In this document: positions 6,977 through 13,399 of the stretch, in pieces
How positions within the stretch are numbered: position 1 is the first letter of the stretch
Layout of the letters: each line of letters starts with the position of its first letter
UHGV virus genome: UHGV-0349718
Direction: 5' to 3' (one strand)
Length of the DNA: 13,399 nt
Source: a virus
The notes under the pieces: model-generated
Told to the model about the DNA's origin: nothing
Seen by the model: only the letters and a program-made list of their open reading frames with translations
The model's database searches: none
Position numbers and translations under genes: made by a program

Positions 6977-7669
6977 ATGACATTTTCAGAACGACTTGAT
7001 TTAGCTATGCGCAACGCCAAATTTACGCAAGGCAGGCTGGCCAAAGAAGTAGGTATGGCCCAGTCAAGCGTCAATCAATTACTTAACAAAGCCAACGGTT
7101 CCAGGAAAACAGTTGAAATAGCAAAAGTTTTGGGCGTTAACCCGGAATGGCTCGCATCTGGTGTCGGTCCAATGGAAATCGAGACCTCTGCAGACTCACA
7201 CCAAATACGTAACATTTCAGAAGACAGGATTACTGATTCGTATGTCGTGGATGTTTTAGACATCAGATACAGTTGCGGGCCTGGTAGTTATAACTCTGAT
7301 TTTCCAGACATTGTCAGATCTATAGCGATAGAACCAGGATACGCATCAAGAGTTTTTGGCGGCAGACCAGCATCAGCAATCAAAGCAATAAACGCCCACG
7401 GCGACAGCATGAAAGGCACAATAAACCCTGAGGACTTGGTGTTTGTTGACGTATCAGTTCGCTCATTTAATGGCGATGGTATATACGCTTTTACATACTC
7501 TGGAACATCGCACATCAAAAGGCTTCAAAAAATCAAAGACACCCTAACAGTGATCTCAGACAATCCAGCTTACAAAGATTGGGCTATCGAACAAGATGAC
7601 TTCGAGCAACTTCACATTGACGGAAAAGTAATCGTAAGTTGGCCTATGACGCTACACCGTTTCGCATAA
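6977..7669 (+). CDS. cI: CI-type prophage repressor (N-terminal HTH, C-terminal LexA-like S24 autopeptidase domain)
   Basis: N-terminal HTH (...FTQGRLAKEVGMAQSSVNQLL...); C-terminal Ser in AHGDSMKG and Lys in SHIKRL, the S24 catalytic dyad pattern; divergent to cro. Confidence 0.9.
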   Translation: MTFSERLDLAMRNAKFTQGRLAKEVGMAQSSVNQLLNKANGSRKTVEIAKVLGVNPEWLASGVGPMEIETSADSHQIRNISEDRITDSYVVDVLDIRYSCGPGSYNSDFPDIVRSIAIEPGYASRVFGGRPASAIKAINAHGDSMKGTINPEDLVFVDVSVRSFNGDGIYAFTYSGTSHIKRLQKIKDTLTVISDNPAYKDWAIEQDDFEQLHIDGKVIVSWPMTLHRFA

Positions 7670-7692
7670 GCGATAATTATTTAACATCCCCG

Positions 7693-7717
7693 CCCACTCC
7701 ACGAGTGGGTTTTTTTT
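7693..7717 (+). terminator. Rho-independent terminator after cI
   Basis: CCCACTC-cac-GAGTGGG hairpin (7693-7709) followed by T8 (7710-7717). Confidence 0.75.
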
Positions 7718-7736
7718 GAAAAAATCGACAAACCGA

Positions 7737-7765
7737 TTGACAACACAAATAGGTAAACCTATTAT
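7737..7765 (+). promoter_or_regulatory. Near-consensus sigma70 promoter (PL-like) with operator-like palindrome in the spacer
   Basis: -35 TTGACA (7737-7742), 17-nt spacer, -10 TATTAT (7760-7765); spacer contains AATAGG-taaa-CCTATT (7748-7763), sharing AATAGGTAAA with the cI-cro operator region. Confidence 0.65.
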
Positions 7766-7805
7766 CATGACATAAGTATCGAACTCACCAAAACAATTAT
7801 AGAGG

Positions 7806-8225
7806 ATGAGGAAAATGTCATCGTATATGGGGTTACCAACAAATCAACACGATGCTCTTGAGAATATTCAACTCTTAGTAGGGGCTGGAGCACTACTATA
7901 TAGCAGCAATAACCCTGAGTTAATTGAACTTGCCAGCTCCATCCTGGCTGTAACTCAAAAATATAGCCTCACCGCGTCGCGTTCATGCAAACAAAATTTA
8001 GCCATTAATTCACAGAATCGGATTCGCACCCAACGCGAAGCCTGCGGCTTAACAACCGCCGAACTCGCCAGGCTGCTCGATCTCGATGAAGAAATCATCA
8101 TCCAGTGGGAAAGCGGAGAGTATGAACCAACTATCAGTATGCTTATCCCACTGGCAAATGTTCTTGGTTGCGACCCGATGTGGCTGTTAACCGGTAAACC
8201 AACAGCTGGAGATACTTGCGCATGA
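7806..8225 (+). CDS. HTH-XRE family DNA-binding protein (139 aa; C-terminal HTH, N-terminal region unrecognised)
   Basis: C-terminal ...IRTQREACGLTTAELARLLDLDEEIIIQWESGEYEPTISMLIPLANVLGCDPMWLLTG is a classic XRE-type HTH. First gene after the PL-like promoter; alternative start at ATG 7815. Confidence 0.65.
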   Translation: MRKMSSYMGLPTNQHDALENIQLLVGAGALLYSSNNPELIELASSILAVTQKYSLTASRSCKQNLAINSQNRIRTQREACGLTTAELARLLDLDEEIIIQWESGEYEPTISMLIPLANVLGCDPMWLLTGKPTAGDTCA

Positions 8226-8587
8226 AAAAGTTCGAAAACATAACTGTTCTCCATGTTGATAACTTTGATTATACAAACCAGGAATTTCTCCCGGAGGTTG
8301 TAAAGGCAATAGATGTAGCCGATATAGTGATTAGAGGAAAGAGAATTGTCAAAAACAGGCTCGCATGCACTTCAGGAGCAATGACAGAAACAACCCCACA
8401 GCAAGATGATTATGAAGGCATTTGTCTGGAACCGGACTCATTTGCGGTAAATGTTTATCATTTATTGCATGCAACACAGGTATTACATATGTCCAGTAAT
8501 AACGAAATAAAAACACTCGGCAGCGAAATTCTGAATTTTGCATGTGAATATGCAAAAGCTGCTGCCGAAAAAGTACTAGCGCAATAA
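8222..8587 (+). CDS. Hypothetical protein (121 aa), translationally coupled to the HTH-XRE gene
   Basis: ATG at 8222 overlaps the upstream TGA (ATGA); the track ORF begins 2 codons earlier at a TTG. No recognisable domain. Confidence 0.55.
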   Translation: MKKFENITVLHVDNFDYTNQEFLPEVVKAIDVADIVIRGKRIVKNRLACTSGAMTETTPQQDDYEGICLEPDSFAVNVYHLLHATQVLHMSSNNEIKTLGSEILNFACEYAKAAAEKVLAQ

Positions 8588-8785
8588 CAACAAACATGCT
8601 CTGAACGTTTATTACGGTTTTATCGCCGGGGATTGTTACAACCTTTATTCATAGAGGGAACTCAGTTATGACTTTCCTGAAAAATAAGGCATCGTATAAA
8701 ACTGCCTGCCTCATTGCACAACATGGAGATTCTTATCTTCATATAGCCAACCTGTATTTGCGCAAGGCTTATGGGAGATAAAATA

Positions 8786-9004
8786 ATGGAGACATCAGCA
8801 CGAAATAAAATGCAGAATGAGCCTGAGCAGGGGGGGGTAATACACGAAAAAGTAAGAGTGTTGCTAACCATTGAAAATGGGAAAGTAATTTACTCAAAAC
8901 ATCTGTTGGATAATGAATTCGTTGGCTGCATGGATACATTTCTGTGGATGGCAAAAAGAGCTGGCTACACGATTATTCCACCAGCAAAGGAGCAAACATT
9001 ATGA
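8786..9004 (+). CDS. Hypothetical protein (72 aa)
   Basis: ATG at 8786 with GGGAGA 7 nt upstream (alternative ATG at 8771); its stop overlaps the next start (ATGA). Confidence 0.45.
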   Translation: METSARNKMQNEPEQGGVIHEKVRVLLTIENGKVIYSKHLLDNEFVGCMDTFLWMAKRAGYTIIPPAKEQTL

Positions 9005-9582
9005 ATCATTCAGAGTTCCGACCAGAAGTTACGCCACATGGCATAAAAATTGGCAATACAACCATTAATTTTGTTGATGCCGTACAGCGACTTAATGATG
9101 GTGAATACGACAATCCATACTGGCACGGCTTAAGAATCATGCAATGTATTGCTGAAGCCGATGATGCCGGATTCCTGGGAAGATTTTCAGTCGATATGAA
9201 GGTTGCTCAATGGCGCTGGCTGTATGTGGCAACGTTTATCAGTGAAGAGGAAAACAAGAACGGCACCATTGATATCCCTAACGATAACGGAACCACAGAT
9301 CACGCAGTTATTTATAAGGGAAAGCATGGTTGTATAAGTATATACCCGGGGCCACTTCGCATTGCCCTGCAAAACCATGTCGAATGGGGATTTATTGAAA
9401 AATATGGCGAAACTGAAGGCATGGGGCGAGTTCTGTTTCTCTATCAAAAAATGCTCATCGCAGATCCTGATAATGGTTTCATTCTCTCTGCTATGGGGCG
9501 CGAAGGGCTTGAACTCCTTCTGGATGAAATAATTAACGACCTGAATACTCATGGTATGCCAGAAGCGCCAGTGACACATTAA
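9001..9582 (+). CDS. Hypothetical protein (193 aa)
   Basis: ATG at 9001 with AAGGAG 8 nt upstream, overlapping the upstream stop; the track ORF start at 8944 is discounted. No recognisable domain. Confidence 0.6.
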   Translation: MNHSEFRPEVTPHGIKIGNTTINFVDAVQRLNDGEYDNPYWHGLRIMQCIAEADDAGFLGRFSVDMKVAQWRWLYVATFISEEENKNGTIDIPNDNGTTDHAVIYKGKHGCISIYPGPLRIALQNHVEWGFIEKYGETEGMGRVLFLYQKMLIADPDNGFILSAMGREGLELLLDEIINDLNTHGMPEAPVTH

Positions 9583-9589
9583 ATATTAA

Positions 9590-9614
9590 GAAGAAAATAA
9601 TTCTTCCGTTTTTT
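9590..9614 (+). terminator. Weak AT-rich hairpin plus T-run (possible terminator)
   Basis: GAAGAA-aataa-TTCTTC (9590-9606) followed by cg-TTTTTT (9609-9614); low-GC stem. Confidence 0.35.
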
Positions 9615-9627
9615 ACTAACCGTTTAT

Positions 9628-9735
9628 ATGAAAAGCAACCGTGAATTAAACAGAGTAAAACTGATTTTAATCCTTGCCGCAGTGCTGACACTAACTGAAA
9701 TCATTATTATCTTTATTGCGCTGTCAGTCGGTTAA
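9628..9735 (+). CDS. Small hydrophobic single-pass membrane peptide (35 aa), candidate
   Basis: ATG...TAA ORF MKSNRELNRVKLILILAAVLTLTEIIIIFIALSVG; no clear SD; below the ORF-track length cutoff. Confidence 0.3.
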   Translation: MKSNRELNRVKLILILAAVLTLTEIIIIFIALSVG

Positions 9736-9758
9736 AAATATCGGGATACCACAGACCA

Positions 9759-9947
9759 ATGAGACTGTATTTCACAATAGTAATTTTACTGGCAATTATC
9801 GCATGCATTTACGGATTACTCGTTCCGTTCCTTATATCCATGAAGGATACGATAGCAGTTATTTCTGGCTTTGCACTGGCGTTTCTGACCCCGCCCTGCA
9901 TTTATGCCATTTACAAGGGTCTTTCTTTCACTAAGGATAAAAGATGA
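9759..9947 (+). CDS. Small inner-membrane protein (62 aa, two predicted TM helices)
   Basis: Two hydrophobic segments (YFTIVILLAIIACIYGLLVPFLI and IAVISGFALAFLTPPCIYAIY); its stop overlaps the ATG of the SPFH gene (ATGA). Confidence 0.55.
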   Translation: MRLYFTIVILLAIIACIYGLLVPFLISMKDTIAVISGFALAFLTPPCIYAIYKGLSFTKDKR

Positions 9948-10771
9948 AAAAAATTATTTTTGCTTTAGCCATTATTCTGCCGACCATTAGCCTTGTCGGG
10001 TGCGATCGCGTTGAACCAGGTAATGTTGGCATCAAGGTAAATAAACTGGGCAACGACAAAGGCGTCGGTGAGGTGGTCGGTGTTGGTCGCTACTGGACTG
10101 GCTGGAATACTGAGGTTTACATCTTCCCTACCTTCAAGCAAATGAAGACCTACGATGAACCATTCAGTTTCCAGATGAGTGACGGTACAACCATCGGCTA
10201 TCACATCGGCGTGGCCTACAAAGTTGATCCATCCAAAGTTACCACGGTGTTTCAGACTTACCGCAAAGGCGTGGATGACATTACCGACACCGACCTGCGC
10301 CAGAAGATCGCCGACGCACTCAACCGACTGGCCAGCAAAATGACCACCGACAAATTTATCGACGGCGGCAAGTCTGAACTGCTGGATGCTGCTCTTAAAG
10401 ACATTCAGGCAGAAATGACACCCATCGGTATTCAGGTAATGAGCCTCTCATATGTAGGTAAACCGGAGTACCCACCAACCGTTATCGACAGCATTAATGC
10501 CAAAGTCACGGCAAACCAGAAAACCCTGCAACGCGAGCAGGAAGTAAAACAGCGCGAAGCGGAAGCCAACATGCTGCGCGCGGAAGCTGCCGGACAGGCT
10601 GATGCGATTCGCACAAAAGCCCAGGCCGAAGCCGATGCTATTCGTTTACGCGGTGAAGCTCTGCGCCAGAACCCTGGAGTTATGGAACTGGAAGCCATCA
10701 ATAAATGGAACGGCACACTGCCGCAATACATGACCAGCGGCGCCAATACGCCATTTATCCAGGTTAAATAA
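9944..10771 (+). CDS. SPFH/band-7 (HflK/C-, flotillin-like) domain lipoprotein
   Basis: Signal peptide with lipobox LVGC (Cys20); SPFH-like core (NVGIKVN...GRYWTGWNTEVYIFPTFKQ...); Ala/Glu/Gln-rich coiled-coil tail (QREQEVKQREAEANMLRAEAAGQADAIRTKAQAEADAIRLRGEALRQ). Confidence 0.75.
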   Translation: MKKIIFALAIILPTISLVGCDRVEPGNVGIKVNKLGNDKGVGEVVGVGRYWTGWNTEVYIFPTFKQMKTYDEPFSFQMSDGTTIGYHIGVAYKVDPSKVTTVFQTYRKGVDDITDTDLRQKIADALNRLASKMTTDKFIDGGKSELLDAALKDIQAEMTPIGIQVMSLSYVGKPEYPPTVIDSINAKVTANQKTLQREQEVKQREAEANMLRAEAAGQADAIRTKAQAEADAIRLRGEALRQNPGVMELEAINKWNGTLPQYMTSGANTPFIQVK

Positions 10772-10811
10772 CTTATATGCCCGGCAGACCGCCGGGCTAA
10801 GGGAAAAGCAG

Positions 10812-11183
10812 ATGAACACCCATAATACCCAACCGCAAATAATGAACTATGACCCGAATCTGACGTCATGCGGACGCATGGCAAAACAAACCGTTCGATT
10901 AACTTTCGGACTATGGGAATACCGCGAAACATTCGAAGTTACTGTCGGCGGCAATCTGACCGGACTGGATGTTATCAGTTGCGCTATTGAAAGCCTGTAC
11001 GCAACGCTGCCTTATGAAGAAGTCGAGGATGAGCGCACAGGGGAAACAGATATCATGGCCACCATTAATATTGGCGAACTGATATGTCAGGATGAAGACC
11101 TGTCCGGAGAACTCTGGCTTGCCGGGATGCTTATCTCAGCAGAAATTATCAGTATTGAACCCGCTACAAACATACGGCTCTGA
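10812..11183 (+). CDS. Hypothetical protein (123 aa), acidic
   Basis: ORF with AAGGG upstream; follows a GC-rich hairpin (10779-10797). No recognisable domain. Confidence 0.55.
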   Translation: MNTHNTQPQIMNYDPNLTSCGRMAKQTVRLTFGLWEYRETFEVTVGGNLTGLDVISCAIESLYATLPYEEVEDERTGETDIMATINIGELICQDEDLSGELWLAGMLISAEIISIEPATNIRL

Positions 11184-11214
11184 AGTTCTCACTATTCAGA
11201 GAGCAGGAGAAAAA

Positions 11215-11457
11215 ATGTTTGCTTTGATTAATCAGGGACAACTGTATACCGACAGTGCCGGTTACCCGGTAAAAATTATTCGCTGCATAAATAACACCGT
11301 GTTGTACAGAAGAATGGATGGGCGAACACAATCGGTAAAAATGAACGATTTTAATGAATCGTTTGAACGGATCGATCACCAGGAATACCGACAAATTCTG
11401 GCAGAAACAGAGCAGGAAGCTCATCTGAAAAAATTACGAGCCATGAAAAGGAAGTAG
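11215..11457 (+). CDS. Hypothetical protein (80 aa)
   Basis: ATG at 11215 with AGGAGA 4 nt upstream; the track ORF start at 11092 overlaps the previous gene and is discounted. Confidence 0.5.
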   Translation: MFALINQGQLYTDSAGYPVKIIRCINNTVLYRRMDGRTQSVKMNDFNESFERIDHQEYRQILAETEQEAHLKKLRAMKRK

Positions 11458-11460
11458 CGA

Positions 11461-11607
11461 ATGAATAAAGCGTTTGAGCTATGGGTACGCCAGCGTTACG
11501 GCAATCGTTATGACCTGACGCGAGATGTTGACGGTTTCTACTGCCGTGAAGTTGTGAAACGAATGTTTGAGGTGTGGTGCCACTGCCGTGGGCTGAGTGT
11601 TGTGTGA
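11461..11607 (+). CDS. Small hypothetical protein (48 aa, MNKAFELWVRQRYGNRYDLTRDVDGFYCREVVKRMFEVWCHCRGLSVV)
   Basis: ATG at 11461 with AGGAAG 6 nt upstream, 3 nt after the previous stop; ends 8 nt before the xis-like start. Confidence 0.35.
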   Translation: MNKAFELWVRQRYGNRYDLTRDVDGFYCREVVKRMFEVWCHCRGLSVV

Positions 11608-11615
11608 GGTAATGC

Positions 11616-11852
11616 ATGGGCAATGTGATTCAACTGGCTCCCAATGAATGGGTTTGTGAAAGCGTTCTTATCGCAATTACCGGGCTCAAACCAGGCACAA
11701 TTCTCCGGGCCCGGAAAGAATGCTGGATGGTAGGAAGAGAGTATATTCACGTATCGCCTGACGGTAATCCAAAACCTTCCAGCGAATGTATGTATAACAG
11801 AAAAGCAATCGATGCCTGGGTCGCTTCAATGAAAAACAAACAACCTGGGTGA
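11616..11852 (+). CDS. Excisionase / AlpA-like small DNA-binding protein (putative Xis)
   Basis: 78 aa, directly upstream of the integrase; C-terminal ...RKAIDAWVASM resembles the AlpA/Xis-family ending; GAGGT 5 nt upstream. Confidence 0.55.
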   Translation: MGNVIQLAPNEWVCESVLIAITGLKPGTILRARKECWMVGREYIHVSPDGNPKPSSECMYNRKAIDAWVASMKNKQPG

Positions 11853-11907
11853 TTTAATACCATGAAATATGTAAGCTCATATCGCTCTTGGGCGTCTGGA
11901 GGTATCG

Positions 11908-13221
11908 ATGGATAAAGTCAAATATCCAACAGGCGTCGAAAACCACGGTGGCACATTACGCATCTGGTTTAATTTTAAAGGTAAACGTGTCAGGGAAAAT
12001 CTTGGTGTCCCTGACACTGCCAAGAACAGGAAGATCGCCGGAGAGCTGCGGACATCTGTATGTTTTGCCATTCGTACAGGAAACTTTGATTACGCTGCGC
12101 AGTTCCCTGACTCTCCTAACCTCAAGGCTTTTGGGGTAAATAAAAAAGAAATTACGGTGAAAGAACTTGAAGAAAAGTGGCTGGATCTGAAACGCATGGA
12201 AATCTCTGCAAATGCATTCAATCGCTATGAGTCCGTTGCAAGAACAATGATTCCGAAAATTGGAGGTAGCAGACTGGTGTCAACGGTGACCAAAGAGGAA
12301 TTACTGTATATCAGGAAAGATTTGCTGACCGGATATCAGAATTCAACGAAAGACAAAGCACCAGCAAGAGGACGGAGCGTCGTTACTGTAAATTATTATA
12401 TGACGACAATCGCTGGAATGTTTCAGTTTGCTGCAGATCACGGTTACTTAGAAGCAAATCCCTTCGAGGGAATTAAGCCTCTTAAAAAAGCCAGGGCAGA
12501 GCCAGATCCGCTAACTCGTGACGAATTTATTCGCCTGATAGATGCTTGCCGGCATCAGCAGACAAAAAACCTGTGGTCATTGGCTGTGTACACAGGAATG
12601 CGTCATGGTGAGCTGGTCTCCCTGGCCTGGGAAGATATCGATCTGAAAGCAGGAACAATTACTATCAGGCGCAATTATACGAAACTCGGTGAGTTCACTC
12701 TACCTAAAACTGAAGCAAGTACAAACAGGGTTGTGCATCTTATCCAGCCCGCTATCAGTGTCCTGAAAAATCAGGCTGAAATGACAAGACTGGGTAAGCA
12801 GCACCACATCAAGGTTCAACTACGTGAATATGGACGTTCAGTGAATCATGAATGTACTTTCGTATTTAACCCCCAGGTGGTTAGAAAAAGCAAACAGGTA
12901 GGTTTTATCTACAAGGTAGATTCCATTGGCGACTCATGGGAAACAGCCATTAAGCGTGCAGGCATCAGGCATCGAAAGGCATACCAGTCACGACACACTT
13001 ATGCGTGCTGGTCATTATCTGCCGGAGCAAATCCAAGCTTCATTGCCAGCCAGATGGGCCATGCAAGTGCCCAGATGGTGTTCAATGTATACGGAGCATG
13101 GATGACTGACAGCAATGCAGAACAGATCGCCATGCTGAATCAGAAGCTGGCAGATTATGTCCCAATGATGTCCCATAGTCACCAAAGTGACACAAGAGGC
13201 CCATTAAAATCAGTAAGTTAG
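11908..13221 (+). CDS. int: Tyrosine site-specific integrase (P4-like family with N-terminal arm-binding domain)
   Basis: 437 aa; catalytic motifs GMRHGEL (Arg), SRHTYACW (His-x-x-Arg), VFNVYGAW (Tyr); GGAGG 6 nt upstream; 3' end abuts host sequence. Confidence 0.9.
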   Translation: MDKVKYPTGVENHGGTLRIWFNFKGKRVRENLGVPDTAKNRKIAGELRTSVCFAIRTGNFDYAAQFPDSPNLKAFGVNKKEITVKELEEKWLDLKRMEISANAFNRYESVARTMIPKIGGSRLVSTVTKEELLYIRKDLLTGYQNSTKDKAPARGRSVVTVNYYMTTIAGMFQFAADHGYLEANPFEGIKPLKKARAEPDPLTRDEFIRLIDACRHQQTKNLWSLAVYTGMRHGELVSLAWEDIDLKAGTITIRRNYTKLGEFTLPKTEASTNRVVHLIQPAISVLKNQAEMTRLGKQHHIKVQLREYGRSVNHECTFVFNPQVVRKSKQVGFIYKVDSIGDSWETAIKRAGIRHRKAYQSRHTYACWSLSAGANPSFIASQMGHASAQMVFNVYGAWMTDSNAEQIAMLNQKLADYVPMMSHSHQSDTRGPLKSVS

Positions 13222-13242
13222 TCTTTAATACCCGCCATGTTA

Positions 13243-13399
13243 ACTGCGTGGAGGGCAACACCACGCTTTACGCCCTGCCGAAACCCGAGGTTGTCCTGCG
13301 CTGGCGTGAGCAGACCACAGATGACTTCCGCTTCTGTTTTAAGTTTCCGGCGACCATTTCGCATCAGGCAGCATTACGGCATTGCGATGATTTAGTGAC
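13243..13399 (+). pseudogene. Host DUF72 (YecE-like) gene fragment lacking its 5' end, at the prophage attL junction; continues past the window edge
   Basis: Open frame from the int stop to the window end, translating ...NCVEGNTTLYALPKPEVVLRWREQTTDDFRFCFKFPATISHQAALRHCDDLV (DUF72-like N-terminal region); no in-frame ATG and no RBS. Confidence 0.5.

Larger units (their letters stand above)
1..13242. mobile_element. Lambdoid prophage segment (late-control, replication, immunity, cargo and integration modules); continues beyond the left edge of the window
   Basis: Gene content and order: porin moron, Q, DnaB/DnaC-like, replication initiator, cro/cI divergent pair, xis-like, tyrosine integrase, then a truncated host gene at the right edge. 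Confidence 0.85.

Noticed and set aside
6886-7518. Minus-strand ORFs 6886-7074, 7075-7263 and 7288-7518 opposite the cI region
   Set aside because: Antisense to the well-supported CI repressor gene or overlapping the operator region; no RBS.
7955-8597. Minus-strand ORFs 7955-8254 and 8349-8597
   Set aside because: Antisense to the plus-strand gene pair that has a promoter and translational coupling.
8668-8784. Possible 38-aa plus-strand ORF upstream of the 72-aa gene
   Set aside because: It has a GAGGG upstream but no other support and overlaps the alternative start of the next gene; too speculative to list as a feature.
8662-8954. Minus-strand ORFs 8662-8871 and 8769-8954
   Set aside because: Antisense to the plus-strand cargo genes; no RBS.
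9187-9579. Minus-strand 130-aa ORF opposite the 193-aa gene
   Set aside because: No RBS and Trp/Cys/His-rich odd composition; the plus-strand frame has an SD and coupling.
9716-9934. Plus-strand ORF 9716-9934 overlapping the 62-aa membrane protein in another frame
   Set aside because: The 9759 frame encodes two clean TM helices and couples to the SPFH gene; the alternative frame has no such features.
10779-10797. GC-rich hairpin GCCCGGC-agacc-GCCGGGC after the SPFH gene, considered as an intrinsic terminator
   Set aside because: No U-tail on the plus strand, so not called as a terminator; it may still act as an RNA stability element.
9965-10932. Minus-strand ORFs 9965-10204 and 10432-10932 (166 aa)
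   Set aside because: Antisense to the SPFH lipoprotein gene, whose signal peptide and domain features are clear.
11164-11750. Minus-strand ORFs 11164-11424, 11351-11623 and 11538-11750
   Set aside because: Antisense to the plus-strand small genes and xis, which have RBSs and run in the integrase direction.
11877-13264. ORFs 11877-12071 (-), 11888-12139 (+) and 13082-13264 (-) overlapping the integrase
   Set aside because: The integrase frame carries the complete Arg / His-x-x-Arg / Tyr catalytic signature; the others are shadow frames.
13222-13399. tRNA gene as integration target next to the integrase
   Set aside because: No cloverleaf-compatible sequence or conserved T-loop and CCA context is seen; the flanking sequence translates as a protein-coding frame.

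Overview
The window is the integrase-proximal arm of a lambdoid prophage, most likely from E. coli or a close relative, ending at an attL-type junction with a host gene at about 13222-13245. All calls rest on reading the ORF translations, motifs and repeats by eye; no database search was run.

Minus strand, one leftward operon (PR-like direction): a Cro-like HTH protein, a Rha-like regulator, three small unknown proteins, a replication initiator carrying iteron-like repeats inside its own reading frame, a DnaC/IstB-like loader, a DnaB-like helicase, an 85-aa protein and antiterminator Q. Eight of these genes are joined by 1-4 nt start/stop overlaps. Q is followed by a convergent porin gene fragment (OmpC/NmpC-like) with its own terminator.

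Plus strand: a CI-type repressor (HTH plus LexA-like S24 domain), a terminator, then a near-consensus sigma70 promoter with an operator-like palindrome in its spacer. That promoter heads a cargo arm of about 4 kb with unrecognised proteins arranged as overlapping pairs, followed by an AlpA/Xis-like gene, a tyrosine integrase and a 5'-truncated DUF72 (YecE-like) host gene fragment.

No tRNA, rRNA or CRISPR array was found. The best candidates for an undescribed system are the promoter-proximal HTH-XRE plus 121-aa pair and the membrane module built around an SPFH/band-7 lipoprotein.
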